Assembly: GCF_028641065.1 (NCBI RefSeq)
Contig: NC_073377.1
Coordinates: 24,180,001-24,244,000, forward strand
Reading direction: 5' to 3'
DNA: 64,000 nt
Source of the DNA: Leucoraja erinacea
Lineage: Eukaryota
The position numbers were made by a program, and so were the translations under genes. Position 1 is the stretch's first letter, and every line of letters starts with the position of its first letter. This document shows, piece by piece, positions 13,701 through 28,700 of the stretch. The notes below the pieces were generated by a model that was not told the DNA's origin, did not search any database, and saw nothing but the letters and a program-made list of their open reading frames with translations.

Positions 13701-16700
13701 GGGCCTTAGCAATAGGGAGAGGTTGAGCAGGCTAAGACTTTTTTTCCTTGGAGCGCAGGAGAATGAGAGGTAATCTTAACGAGGTGTATAAAATCATGAG
13801 AGGGATAGGGTAAAAGCCTTTTACCCAGAGTAAGTAAATCAAGACCTGGAGGACATAGGTTTTCAGGTGAGAGGTGAAAGATTTAATAGCAACTGGAAGG
13901 GCACCATTTTCATGCAATGGGTGGTGGGTACATGGAATGAGCTGCCAGAGGAGGTAGTTGAGGCAGGTATCACAAAATTTCAAAAACATTTGGACAGGTG
14001 CATGGATAGGAAAAGTGAGGGAGATATAGGCTAACTGCAGGCAGGTGGGACTAGTGTAGATGGGCATCTTAATCGGCGTGGGCAAGTTGGGTAGAAGGAA
14101 CTGTTTCCATGCTATATGACTATGAATAGATGGATGAATGTACAAGATGAAGTTACCTTTATGTAAACAAACACAAATAGGATTCAGTAGAAACAAGGAA
14201 TTGCAGATTCCTCACAGGCTTACAGAAGACACAAAGTACTAGTAATGCAGTGGGTCAGGCAGCATCTCTGGAGAACATGGATATGTGACGTTTCGGGTCG
14301 GGACTATTCATCAGACTGATTGTAGGGTTTGGAGGGATGTGGAAGAAAGATGGGGGGGAGAGAGAGACGCAAGACAAAGTGTGGCAGGTAATAGATGAAC
14401 ACAAGCAAGGACGATTTTTGATAAGCAGACAGTTGGAACAAAGGCCATAAATTAAAACAGAAGGTGTGAAACAAAAGGATTGAGGAGTTGCGAATTGTGA
14501 AGCCAGAGGAAGGAATGTGGGTGGAGGGGCTTATGAGATAATGAAAAGAGGTAGTATACATTAATTTTGGAGAAGTAACTTCATGTAGCTGTTAATATAA
14601 AACTCCCGTTGAAGTGCTCAGGGTACATGTTACACAAAATACCACACACAGTCACTTACCGGGTGCAGGTCACGCACAAGCTCACCATAAGGTGACTTGA
14701 GGATGCGGTCAACCACATCACAAACAAGGTATTCCAAACGGTCGAGAAGCTCGTCAAAAGTAATGAATGGACATTCTGCCTCAACATGAGTGTATCTGAA
14801 ATATTTAACAGAAAATTAAGACCACTAAAGTTTTCCTGACAGCATAAAGTGTTTTTAATCAGAGAGAATACTGCAAGTACTCAGCAGGGAAGACGGTATC
14901 TATGCAGACAGAAACAATTAATACTTTGACTTCATATCCACAAAGGTTCCTTGGTGCAACACTAAACCATAAAAGTTATGGCATGAGTTCAAGGGGTCTT
15001 TGTGGCATCATCTCACATTTAACAGAGTATCACAAAAGAATAAACATTTAGTCGCATCTCCAATGTTATTGCTATACCTTCAAAGCGTTAGGTAATTGTG
15101 CTTAATTGTAATTCTTTTCATGTTGCTCTGCACTGCTGGATACTATGTATATTATATAACATTGTTGTATACGAACTGGTGGGAACTATACTAACCAAAT
15201 AGGAGTTGGGACAGACAAATGGAGATTAATTCAGACAAGTGTGAGGTATTTCTGGCAGGTCAAATTTAAAGGGAGAGTATATTGTTAATAGTAATACGGT
15301 TAGGAACATTAATGTATTGGGGATCTTGGGGTACAAGTCCATAGCTCCCAGAAAGTGGCAACAATAGTGCATAGGATGGTAAAGAAGGCACACGGCTTGC
15401 TTATCTTCATCGATCCAGGGTGTTGAGTATACAATTTGGGAAGTCATGTTGCAACTGTATAAAACTATGGCGAGGCAACATTTGGAGTATTGTATGCTGT
15501 TTTGGTCACTACTTTACAGGAAAGGTGGAGATTTTGGAGTGTAGAAGAGTTTTGTAAGAATGTTTCCTGGATTAGAGAATATATTAATTATAAGGAGAGA
15601 TTGGACAAACTTTGATTGTATTCTATCAGAGGCTGAGATCTGATACAACCACATTCGGAGGCAGTTTTCCAAATTCAAGGACAGTTTCTTCCCAGCTGTA
15701 AACATGCAACTAGTGAGCGGTCCTGAACTATCGGACCATCTTTGATCGGACTTCACTGGCTTTACCTTGCACTAAACGTTATTCCCTTATCATGTATTTG
15801 TACATTGCAAATGGCTCGATTGTCATCATGTATTGTCTTTCCGCTGGCTGGTTAGCATGGAACAAAAGTGTTTCACTGTACCTCGGTACACGTGACAATA
15901 AATGAAACTGAACTGAACATAACATACAATTCTGAGAGAGATCGATGGAAATGATAAGTCAGTCTTTTTCCTTGGGTGAAAATTTCAAACACTAGGGGGC
16001 ATAGTTTTAGCATGAGAAGGGATCGTTTAATGGAAATTAGAGGCAACTTTAAAAGAAAACTCAAGAGTGATTGGTACCTGAAATGAACTACCAGGGGAAG
16101 TGGTGGAAGTATTTACAATAGCAACATTTAAGAGACATTTACACAGGCAGGGAATGGAGGAATACAAATGACTGCCAGTATATGTTCAATTTAATTTGGC
16201 ATAATGGTTGGCACAAATGGTTGGTTCAATGGCCTGTTCCAGTGCTGACCGTTGTATGTTCTTAATATTTTATAGTCTAATCACAAATTCAGTATCAAAG
16301 GTTACACAGAAAAGCTGGAGAAATCAGCGGGTGCAGCAGAGCTATGGAGCGAAGGAAATAGGCAACGTTTCGGGCCGAAAAATTCTTCAGACGAAGGGTC
16401 TGAAGAAGGGTTTCGGCCCGAAACGTTGCCTATTTCCTTCGCTCCATAGATGCTGCTGCACCCGCTGAGTTTCTCCAGCTTTTCTGTGTAACCTTCGATT
16501 CTCCAGCATCTGCAGTTCCCTCTTTAACACAAATTCAGTATCAGTTTCTTAAAGAGCTGTTACATAAAAATGTTAAGTGGCAAAGTAATTTTCATCTTGA
16601 GTTAAAGCATTTCGGACTAATATGGACACCGCTGGTCTAAAAATTACCGTAATTATTTTTCATTTATAGATGCAGCAACAAGCAGAAATACTTAAAGTAT

Positions 16701-19700
16701 CAGTTTCCAATTCCAAACCAAAATGTGTTCACATAAGTCTCAATTAGGTTTTATATCCCAATCTTAGTTTGTCCCCGATAATATTAGAGCACAAAGAAAT
16801 AAAACACCAACTCTGCCAGGTGTCTGCGAGTCCGGGACTGCTCCGCACGATAGGACTGTGCCACGCAGAAAACATCCCCAAGGCAAGGGACACAGGTCTC
16901 CAGGTATAACTGAGAAGACTGGGTCAAGAAGGCCTCTTCACCAAAATAGTTCAGCTTGAATAGCGTTGATCCTCCCTCAACCTGTGTCTGAACCAATGTG
17001 GGCGGAGTGATCTGAAAAATAAATATAATTAGTATACAAGGGTGGGGGAAAACAGTTACTCCCCCCCCCCCCATACAAAAAAAAACTGCTCACTGTAACT
17101 AATCACATCAGTTTCAAGTTATAAAATGTGATCACAAATTCAGCAAATGTAAATGGGTCTGATAGCACGAAGTTTCATTGGAGCTCTGTAATAATGCTAG
17201 ATGAAAAGAGCACTATTTGTGCAGGCAATGAGATGCAAATTTTTGACCCACACTTTGTTAACAGAGAGAACCATTAACGTGTATTTTGTACATTAGGTGA
17301 ACAGATGCATGGCATTTCTAACATACGGGTTGCACTTTCCCCCTTGTGGCCCATGGAAGAATAGCCCGTATCTCCTTCACATGGTGAAAAGAGGAAAAAA
17401 TACACAATATTTAACAGTTAAAGAAAATAACCATAAAAATACACAAAAAACATTCAAAAATCAAATTAGCATTAAAATACACAAAGAAAACTCTCAAAAA
17501 TTGTTCAAATTTGAAAAAACGTTCTCAAAATAACCCAAGATTCTTACTGTTCTATGCATTATAAGCTTTGAATAATTTTCGATTGTATTTAAATTTGGCA
17601 TTTTCTGGTAGTTTTGCCACAATGAACAAAATACAAACTATTCTAACATTTTCTGAACAAACCCCACACAATGATATGTTCTGCTTTCAATAGTTACTTC
17701 ATATTGAACTCTTCATGATCAAAGAGCATGGGGAGGGGGGGGGGGTCAGTTCCATAAAGCAGTAACACAAGTGGTACCCACATATTTTGGGTTCTCAATG
17801 AATGACTACGTTCAGTATTACACACTTATTTATAGCCACTTCAAATACAGCACTGAAGAAATAAGAAACATACTTCATAGTAGCAATTGTCAAAGAAGTG
17901 GTCCCTAAAGCACTGCACCAGAGCGGAGCGCACTTTGAAGATCTTGGTCATGTTTTCGCCACGTAGCATCATGTGACGGTTGTTGAGCTGGACATCAACG
18001 TCAGATTCTTCATTAAGCAGGTTATCTGCACCTCCAGCTGGAGCCAAACCAATCAGTTCCCAGTAATCACAAATCAATTCATGCCCTCCGGGAGCCTGGA
18101 ACATAAGCAAAGCAGCACACTTCAAGCTGGACTAGGAGTGCCATTCTGTACATTTCCCCCCCCCAACAAAGCTATCGGTTTCAATTCACACTGGGGCAAT
18201 GGTGAGGCGAGGGGGGAGAGGAAGAACAAGAGAGAGGAACAAAGAGAGAAAATGCGGGACAAAGTAAAAAAGAGAGTAAAAGATAGAGAAAAGGAGGGAG
18301 GCTAATTAGAGAGGTGAGGGAGAGAGGGGAAAGAGCAAAGGGAAAAAAAAAGAGGAAAAAGGGAGGAGGAAAAGCCAGAGGTGCTATTCTTGATTTTTTT
18401 TGTCTTTAAACTCTTTCACCCTTTTAAAATTCCCAGCTTCTCTACTTCTTTTAAAATTTGATAGCACTCCTTAAAAAAAAACATCTACCAAACCTTTGCC
18501 AAACATCACTAATATCTCCAAATATGGTGTGCTTTTCAAATTTTGTTCAACTACTAATCAATGAACTGTTTCAATTGCTTTTATTGTGATGCATTGTTAC
18601 TATTTCTGCAAACATTTTCACTAATTATGTCCACTGTGAATGCTGACCAAAAAAAATCAACAATTTGCCTTATTTTTATGTTCACCTTCAATTGGACCTC
18701 TATCTGCTTATAAAGGGTCATTAAATTAAAAGGTGCCAAAGGTCACTTTAAACAATCTGATCATTTAAGACTCTTGTGTTAATTTTCCCGTAGCCTTTCT
18801 GCAAATTTTACCCGTTGTTATTTTGCATCTTTTATTTTTGTTGTTCTTCTTGATATATGGATTTATCATGTACACTTTTGTGTGGTCTGTTGTACAGCTT
18901 TATATGATCTTTAAGAGTCTGAAGCAAAAATATTACAAATATGTTTATATATTTATAAAAACATGTACAATTTATTAATAAGATAAATATAATATAATTA
19001 ATAAATATTTATAAAAATGTCTACCATTTTGCCCTCCGGCACAACTTGCAGTTTTCCATAAACTGCAATGGAGCTCTCTGTTGATAGGAGTAATCCATTG
19101 TAGCATTGACACTGAAGAAGAAAACATGTTAGAGCACATACATTACGTTTACAGAGAAATTATAATTTCTTCACATTGAAGTTTTTGAAATTGGAAATTA
19201 TTCAACATTCATTGTCAACTTAAAAATGATTTTGACTGGAACAGAGCAAAAGGCAGCAACATTAAGAATCAGAATTAATAATGGCATCTTCACATTTTAA
19301 CGATGAAATGAAGAACATTTAACAAATGTATTTGATTGTTTCGGAAAAAATGATTACCAGGTCATCACTGAGGATACATTGCAGAAATCCCGTTCCATCA
19401 CGTAAAACAACGAACATTAAGTTCTTTCCTGTTAAGATAAATATTTTAATTTTAAATGAATTGATATTAGCGAATGCTGTCCCGCTCACTTCCTTCTTAC
19501 TTTATAAAGAAAATTAAATAACTGAACTGACTCGCAGCATTTGATAAGGTCCCACATAGGAGATTAGTGGGCAATATTATGGCACATGATATTGGGGGTA
19601 GAATGCTGACATGGATAGAAAATTGGTTGGCAGACAGGAAACAAAGAGTAGGGATTAACGGGTCCCTGGCAGGCAGTAACTAGTGGGGTACCGCAAGGCT

Positions 19701-22700
19701 CGGTGCTGGATTTACAATATACATCAATGATTTGGATGAAGGGATTGAAAGTAACATTAGCAAATTTGCAGAAGACACAAAGCTGGATGGCAGTGTGAAC
19801 TGTGAGGAGGATGCTATGAGAATGCAGGGTGACTTGGGCCAGGTTGGGGGAGTGGGCAGATGCATGGCAGATGAAGTTTAATGTGGATAAATGTGAGGTT
19901 ATCCACTTTAGTATCAAAAACAGGAAGGCAGATTACTATCTAAATGGCGTCAAGTTGGGAAAAGGGGAAGTACAACGGGATCTAGGTGTCCTTGAAAGTC
20001 TATGAAAGTAAGCATGCATGTACAGCAGGCAGTGAAGATAGCGAATGGCATGTTGGCCTTTATAACACGAGGAGTCGAGTATAGGAGCAAAGAGGTCCTT
20101 CTGCAGTTGTACAGAGCCCTAGTGAGACCAACCTGGAGTATTGTGTGCAGCTTTGGTCCCCTAATTTGAGGAAGGACATTCTTGCTATTGAGGGAGTGCA
20201 GCGTAGGTTTACAAGGTTAGTTCCCAGGATGGCAGGACTGTCATATGCTGAGAGAATGGATCAGCTGGGCTTGTACACTCTGGTGTTTAGAAGGATGAGG
20301 GGATCTTCTTGAAACATACAAGATTGTTAAGGGTTTGGACACGCTAAAGGCAGGAAACATATTCCCGATGTTGGGGGTGTCCAGAACCAGGGGCCACAGT
20401 TTAAGAATAAGGGGTAAGCCATTTAGAACAGAGACGAGGAAACACTTTTTCCTCACAGAGAGTTGTGAGTCTGAGGAATTCTCTGCCTCAGAGGGCGGCG
20501 GAGGCCGGTTCTCTGGATACTTTCAAGAGAGCTAGACAGGGCTCTTAAAGATAGTGGAGTAAGGGTTGGTTCGCATGCTTGATCAATGGTGTTTTATTAT
20601 TATTATTATTAATGTTTAGTGTTTTCCGAGTCATTGTTAACTGCCACTGTATGTCATGTTGTTATTTGTGGGCGGAGCACCAAGGCAAATTCCTTCTTTG
20701 TGAATACTTGGCCAATAAACGTATTTACTAACTTACTTATCTATTGTCTATTGACTCAGATATTGCAAAAGGAAAACAGACAGCAGAAGATATGTGGGGG
20801 GGGGGGAAGATGTCATTGAAACTTATCGACTAATGAAAGGCCTGCATAGTGATTGTGGAGAGGATGTTTCCACTAGTGGAAGAGTCTAGGACCAGAGGTC
20901 ATAGCCTCCAAATAAAGGGAGGTACTTTTAGAAAGATCAGGAGGAATTTAGTCAGAGGGTGGTGAATCTGTAGAAATCATTGCCACAGATGGCAATAGAC
21001 AGACAGCAAAGAATGCAAACTCAATCCCAGCATTTATTTCAAGGAGGCTTGTATAAAAAAACAGGGATGTAACGTTGAGGTTCTAAAAGACGCAAGTAAG
21101 GCCGCCTTTGGAATATTGTGAGCAATTTTGGGCACCATATCTGAGGAAGGATGTGCTAGCTCTGGAGATGAGCGTCTGTCAGCACTGGGCCTGTACCTCT
21201 TAGCCACAGATGGCTGCAGAGGCCAAGTATGTGGATAATTTTACAGCAGAGATGGATAGATTCTTGATTGGTTCAGAGGTTATGAGAAGCAGACAGGAGA
21301 ATGGTGTTCGGAGAGATAGATCAGCCGTGATTGAATGGTGGAGTAGACTTGATGAGCCGAATGGCATAATTCTACTCCTATTCCTTATGACTGTAGAAGT
21401 CAAGTCAACGGATATTTTTAAGGCGGAGATTGACAGATTCTTGATTAGTTAGGGTGTCAGAGGTTATGGGGCAATGGGGTTGAGAGGGAGAGACAGATCA
21501 GCTATGACTGAAAGATAGAGTCGACTTGATGGGCTGAATGGCCTAATTCTGCTCCTAGAACTTATGAAGTGCTAACATTATTAATGACAATTGATCCCAG
21601 ACTAGACTAAAACACTATAGTCTAAAATGGCCAAGAATAAAGACTAAAATAAAAATCAACATATAAAATTCTAAGAAAGCAGCATATAATATCCAAGTTT
21701 CATGATAATGTTACAATAATAGTCACACAACATAAAACTAGCCCATGCCAACCAAGCCGCCCCATCTAAGCTGGTCCTATTTGCTCATGTTTGGCCCACA
21801 TCCCTCTAGACCATTGTTATCAATGTTGATTTAACTTTTATAATATGCAACTTTATGCTCTTTCATTGATTCCTACTAACTGCAGAATTCAAATGAATTA
21901 TTGAAAAGGAATCCCAATGTATATGGATATTTAGATCATCACGATAGTAAAAAATGATCTTGGCTCAGAGTTCTGCAGGGATCGGTTTCGGAGTTTCGCT
22001 GGGATCGGTGCTGGGACCTCTACTCTTCACGTTGTACATCAATGATTTGGATGAGGGAATTGAAGGTTTGAATGATACGAAAATAGGTGGAGGGGCAAGA
22101 AGTGTAGAGAAAGCAGGGACTCTGCAGAAGTATTTGGATAGGTTGGGAGAGTGGGCAGAGAAGTGACAGATGAAATATTGTGTAGCAAAGTGTAGAATCA
22201 TGCATTTTGGTAGTAGGAATAAAGGTTTAGACTATTTTCTAAATGGGGAGAGAATCCAGAAGGATAGGCGCAAAAGGATATGGGAGTGCTGGTGCAGGAT
22301 TCCCCAAAAAGTTAATTTGCCAGTCAAATCGGGAGTAAAGGCGGCAAATGCAATGCTAGCATTTATTTCAAGGCTAGAATACAAAAACAGGGATGTAATT
22401 GAGGCTTTAAAAGGCACTGGTCAGGCCGCATTTGGAGTATTGTGAGCAATTTTGGGGGCCATATCTGAAGAATGATGCGCTGGCTGTGGAGAGGGTTCAG
22501 GGGAGGTTTACAAGAATGATCCAAGGAATGAGTGTAACATATGAGCATTTGACAGCACTGGGCCTGTACTCGCTGGAGTTTAAAAGGATGAGGGGGATGG
22601 ACCACATTGAAACCTATGGTATAGTGAAAGGCTTGGATAACCTTTCCAATGTGGAGAGGATGTTTCCACTGGTGGGAGAGTCTAGGACCAGAGGTCATAG

Positions 22701-25700
22701 CCTCAGATTTAAAGGACGTTTGTACAGGAAGGAGATGAGGAATTTATTTAGTCAGGGTGGCAAATCTGTGGAATTCTTTGCCACAGAAGGCTGAGGAGGC
22801 CATCAATGGATATTTTTTAAGGCAGAGATAGATAGATTCTTGATTAGTATGGGTGTCAAGGGCTATGGGAATAAGGCAGGAGAATAGGTTTAGGAGGGAG
22901 AGATATCAGCCATGATTGAATGTTGTAGACTTGATGGGACTAGTGGCCTGATTTTGCTCCTATCACTTATAAGCTTATAAGATCGAGATGTAGAATCGAG
23001 CTAATTAAACCCAATGTCTCTTGAACCGAGACTCCGATAGCTGCCAGGGAGGTACCGGTTTTATTTGTCGCTCAATATCACTTCCCTGTGATTCATTTAT
23101 AAATTATTTAAAAGACAGAAAACTCACCTTGTTTACGTAACCTGTGCACCCAGCCATAGACTTTCACTCGCTTTCCTCGATTTGCTTTTGTGTCTCTGAT
23201 TTTTATCTATGAAGAAAAGAAACCCAATATTGACCCTAATATGTAAACTTAACAAAAACTGCAAATATAGGGAGCTTACTTACACACTGTTTTGAGAAAA
23301 TCAAATCAAGAAATCGGATGTGGAACAAAAATCATTTTTTGACAAAAAATTACCAATGAATTTACTGTATAATGGGCCAGAATTTTTTTAAATTAATGCT
23401 GACCAGGGAATCACAGAATTGAATTGTTACAATTTCCTTTTATTCATAAGTACTTTTGTTTCCTTTTATTTTTGATGTCTTCAACAATTGCAATAGAAAT
23501 TTCTGTTTTCTGTATATCCATTGCTGCTTATTAACACAAATCTACAGCAGAAAATAAAACTGATCACGTCCTATCTTGGTGCCAAACTAGCCTTTTATCT
23601 GCCTGCAAACCCCACATTACCACCAACTGAATAGAAATAGGTTTTGGGGTAGTTAAATACTTTCCTATCTCTTTCAGGGAATAACTATTTTGTGAAGAGG
23701 ACCTGTAGGAGCTACCAAGTGGTATAAACTGTGGACCATATCTGGAAAATTGAGTAGATTGTGGGAAAATGTGAAATTCTCCATTTTGGTAGGAAAATTA
23801 AAGAAAACACATCTTATCATCCAAAGGGTGACAGACTGCACAGCAATTAGAACAGCAGACAGCATGTTATTGATTATTAACATTTATTAATTTATCATTA
23901 TTAGTTCTATATGGCAATGGTGAGACATATTTGGCGGAGGATGTTAATGCTTTGGAAGTAGTTAAGAAAAACTTGATTGATGTTTGGAATGGCCAGTTTG
24001 CCACGATCAAAGGTTGCATAGGCGACGATAGCATTGCGATGGATGAAACGTAGAGACGACATGATTGAAATATTAGATTAACGCTCCACATTTCCAGATG
24101 CTGCTTCATCCACCGGGTTCCTTTTGGCCCCAACATTAATGTCCTGGGGCCAAAATGATTACCGTTTAATAACCACAACCATCTTTCTGTGTGCAAGTTG
24201 TGACTCCACTTTTACTGGGATTAGTGCTTTTTTGACGAGACAGCATTCTGGCACCACTTAAAAAGTTCACTAGATTGATGTATAGTGGCCAATAGAGTCA
24301 CATGAATGGTTATATGCAACCTGCAACTTTTTATTAAATACAAATCATTGATGACAATACCAAAATGCCACACTTGGTCAAATATTGTCATGTTTGAACC
24401 AAAGCTATGACAAGGTCTGAAGTTAAAAACTCAAACTGGCCATGGACAAGTAGGTTATTGTAAGTACAACTTGAAAGTGCTGTGAACACTATCAGCATTG
24501 GCTTCCAACAATTTGTTGACGAGTGAGATTGGATTAACTGGGTAGAAATTATCTGATTTGGATAAACCCAGTGAAAATTCAGTGGTCATAGCCATCTCCT
24601 GGTATTATATGGAGAAAATAAAATTGGCTGAAAATGGGCTTCTATGTGATTGGATGTGAAGGAAAAATTCAGTCAGAAGCTGAGAAAGATAGTCTATTTA
24701 TCACATTTGGAGTGAAGCTTTTTCTTTAGAAAGCCCATGCTATGTTGAACCTCATTGATGACAGGCATGTTCTTGTTGCTATCTTGCCAGATTAGCTGTT
24801 TAAATGGCCATCATCATTCATAACTGGATATGGAGGGATGCAGAATTGCAATAAAATATAAATACATCATGTAGCAATGTTACAAAATTTTGAGATTTTA
24901 AAAATCAAGTCTGCAATTTATCCCATCAGATAAAGCATAACAATAAGTTTAATTTGACACCAAATCCACTTTCATATCTCAAGTATTAAAAAAGTTATGG
25001 CCATTTTCATACTCGGAAATTAGCATCTTGTTCCCTATTGATTTTCAATGGACATTACAAAAAAGCTGTGATCTTGGATAGTCAAAAGCCCATTTCTTAA
25101 GGAAAGATTAACATTTTTAAATAGCCTAAGTGTCCAAAGATTATTCACAAATAATTCACAATATAACATGATTTTTATATCTAATTTACATTAATTTATA
25201 GGCCAAATGGAAGGAATTTAGTGTTCAATTGCTGTAAATAAATGCCCATTTAAATCGGCTTTCTAGTGGGTTTATGTGAACGCGCTGGTTTAGAACGTTG
25301 ACATCGCGCTGGATTAGTGCCCTCAAATGCCGAGAAAAATACTGCGGGATATAAAAAGCCCAAAATGAACTACTCGCTATAGATAACTTGATATACAGGG
25401 TTATATATATATGCCCCATTTAATGTAAAAATAAGGTACATACCTTTAATTGTTTGCTTTATAAAACCCTGGGGCTGCGAGAGGTTGCGGAATGAGACAG
25501 TAATTTAAAAACTATTATAACTATATTATCGAGGCCTATAAAACTAATAATACCTTTTGCGACCGGGTCTTGCAGCGATTTTTCGTTAATGATTTACTAG
25601 GCTGAACATCTGCGATTAGTACAGCCTAGTAAAAATCGCGTTTTAAACCTGCCCCCTCCAAACAGCGCCAAAATCGCGGACATGGCTGTGGGCAGATTCC

Positions 25701-28700
25701 CAATGACGATTCAGGTAGGTTTTGTAACATACCTACATCATGCAATTACTGAACATCAATATATTACCAATTACCTGACATGGCTCTGCAAGACTAGGGT
25801 CCAATGTAATAACTATCTTTTTGGCCTCTTGCAGATTCATCTCCCGACGCAATGCATCTTCTTGCTGTTAGAAAGGAAGTTTTCAAGTGTTTGTATCACA
25901 ATACTGTAAAAATGCACAGTTCTTCCTCTTTCCACCATAAATAATCTACAGTTCCAAATGGCACCATCTAAGCCTTTGCATATTACATGGCACATGCAGC
26001 ACAGAAAAGGGCTACATGACTAATTATGTAGATACTTTGGCACAAATTTCACTCAATGCCATCAGACCCAAATTCTTAACACAATTAATTGCATATGCTG
26101 AAAATCTGAAAAGAAAATCCTTGAACTACTCGGAAGCATGATTGGGTGGGGCAGTGAGCCACAGGAGCATGAAAGCACATACAATTTCAGGCAAAGAATG
26201 CTTCATCAGAACCAATGAAAAGGTCAACTACCTTTAAATTTAACTCCATTTCTCTTTCCACTGATGGTGAGCGACCCGGTGAGTGTTTCCAGCATTGTCA
26301 GTTCTTCTTTTCTCCCCCACCCCAAACCCACACACACCATTCTAACTGTTCATTAATTATTTGATAATTCTCAGAGTACTTAAGGAAGTAGCCCCAGAAA
26401 TAGTGGATGTATTAGTGATAATCTTTCAAAACTCTTTAGATTCTGGAGTAGTTCCTGAGGATTGGAGGGTAGCTAATGTAACCCCACTTTTTAAAAAGGG
26501 AGGGAAAGAGAAAACGGGGAATTACAGACCAGTTAGTCTAACGTCGGTAGTGGGGAAACTGCTAGTCAGTTATTAAAGATGGGATAGCAGCACATTTGGA
26601 AAGTGGCAAAATCATTGGACAAAGTCAGCACGGATTTATGAAAGGTAAATCATGTTGGACGAATCTTATAGAATTTTTCGAGGATGTAACTAGTAGAGTG
26701 GATAAGGGAGAACCAGTGGATGTGTTATATCTGTGCTTTCAGAAGGCTTTCGACAAGGTCCCACATAAGAGATTAGTATACAAACTTAAAGCACACGGTA
26801 TTGGGGGTTCAGTATTGATGTGGCTAGAGAACTGGCTGGCAGACAGGAAGCAAAGAGTAGGAGTAAACAGGTCCTTTTCAGAATGGCAGGCAGTGACTAG
26901 TGGGGTACTGCAAGGCTCAGTGCTGGGACCCCAGCTATTTACAATATATATTAATCATTTGGACGAGGGAATTGAATGCAACATCTCCAAGTTTGCGGAT
27001 GACTCGAAGCTGGGGGGCAGTGTTAGCTGTGAGGGGGATGCTAGGAGGCTGCAAGGTCACTTGGATAGGCTGGGTGAGTGGGCAAATGCATGGCAGATGC
27101 AGTATAATGTGGATAAATGTGAGGTTATCCACGTTGGTGGCAAAAAAACAGGAAAGTAGACTATTATCTGAATGGTGGCCGATTAGGAAAGGGGGAGATG
27201 CAACGAGACCTGGGTGTCATGGTACACCAGTCATTGAAAGTAGGCATGCAGGTGCAGCAGGCAGTGAAGAAAGCGAATGGTATGTTAGCATTCATAGCAA
27301 AAGGATTTGAGTATAGGAGCAGGGAGGTTCTACTGCAGTTGTACTGGGTCTTGGTGAGACCACACCTGGAGTATTGCGTACAATTTTGGTCTCCTAATCT
27401 GAGGAAAGACATTCTTGCCATAGAGGGAGTACAGAGAAGGTTCACCAGACTGATTCCTGGGATGGCAGGACTTTCATATGAAGAAAGACAGGATAGACTC
27501 GGCTTGTACTCGCTAGAATTTTGAAGATTGAGGGGGATCTTATAGAAACTTACAAAATTCTTAAGGGGGTGGACAGGCTAGATGCAGGAAGATTGTTCCC
27601 AATGTTGGGGAGTCCAGAACAAGGGGTCAAAGTATTAAGGATAAGGGGGAAATCCTTTAAAACCGAGATGAGAAGAACTTTTTTCACACAGAGAGTGGTG
27701 AATCTCTGGAACTCTCTGCCACAGAGGGTAGTTGAGGCCAGTTCATTGGCTATATTTAAGAGGGAGTTAGATGTGGCCCTTGTGGCTAAAGGTATCAGGG
27801 GGTATGGAGAGAAGGCAGGTACAGGATACTGAGTTGGATGATCAGCCATGATCAGGCTCGAAGGGCTGAATGGCCTACTCCTGCACCTATTTTCTATGTT
27901 TCTCCTTTTGGATCTCTTATTTCTGGCTCTTAGCGTTTGGATACTCCTGGAAGTGGAAACGTCTTCCCAACCTCAAGCCCATTGCATTTGTTCCTTTCTT
28001 TTTCTCAAAATGGTATGGCAGCAATCTATCACAATAATTTAGTGCCTCAGTTCCGATACCCTACTCGCTCCTCACCGATGCTATGAAACCTAACATTGTG
28101 TTTTGTATTCTTAAAGTCTGATTAGACTCCTTTCAAGTTAAATTACATGGCAAGTTGTAATTGAAAATTAAGACTTGTGTTTTATATTGTACCACTCACT
28201 GTTATTCATTCAAAATCTGCTGCACAACAAAGCAAAAATCATAAATTAAAAAATCTACATCAAACACAGCTGCTATTCATTGCACATGTAAAAGGAAATC
28301 CTAGACAAAAGCTTTGTAGTTCATCTTCACATGGTATAAAATTGCAAAACCAGGAAGTTATTAATTCTAAATTACTAAGTGCAATATAAAATTGAAATCC
28401 AAATCAACAGATTTATGTAGGTTTTGTTATGCGAAACAATTCAGCTTAAATTTCCCAAGAGTTTGTTAAATTCCAATTGTGCAGACCAGCCTCAAAAGCA
28501 CCAGACATTCAATTTCCCCATACGACTCATGCAATGTACCTATTTGGATATCAAATTATTCCAAATTGTTCCATTTAAACTCAGAGACAGCCAGTAATTA
28601 AGGAAGCAATAGTTTTTTTTTTCCCCAATAGAATGCATTTGATTAAACCTATCCTAATAATAAGAAATATTTATTCTAAATTAAAACCATTGAACCTCAG

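Larger units (their letters stand above)
10013..14125 (+). mobile_element. Older CR1 LINE hosting the Tc1 and a CpG-rich retroposon
   Basis: [12 protein letters not shown] before the Tc1, RT motifs continuing after 12298, CR1 tail near 14100. Confidence 0.8.
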
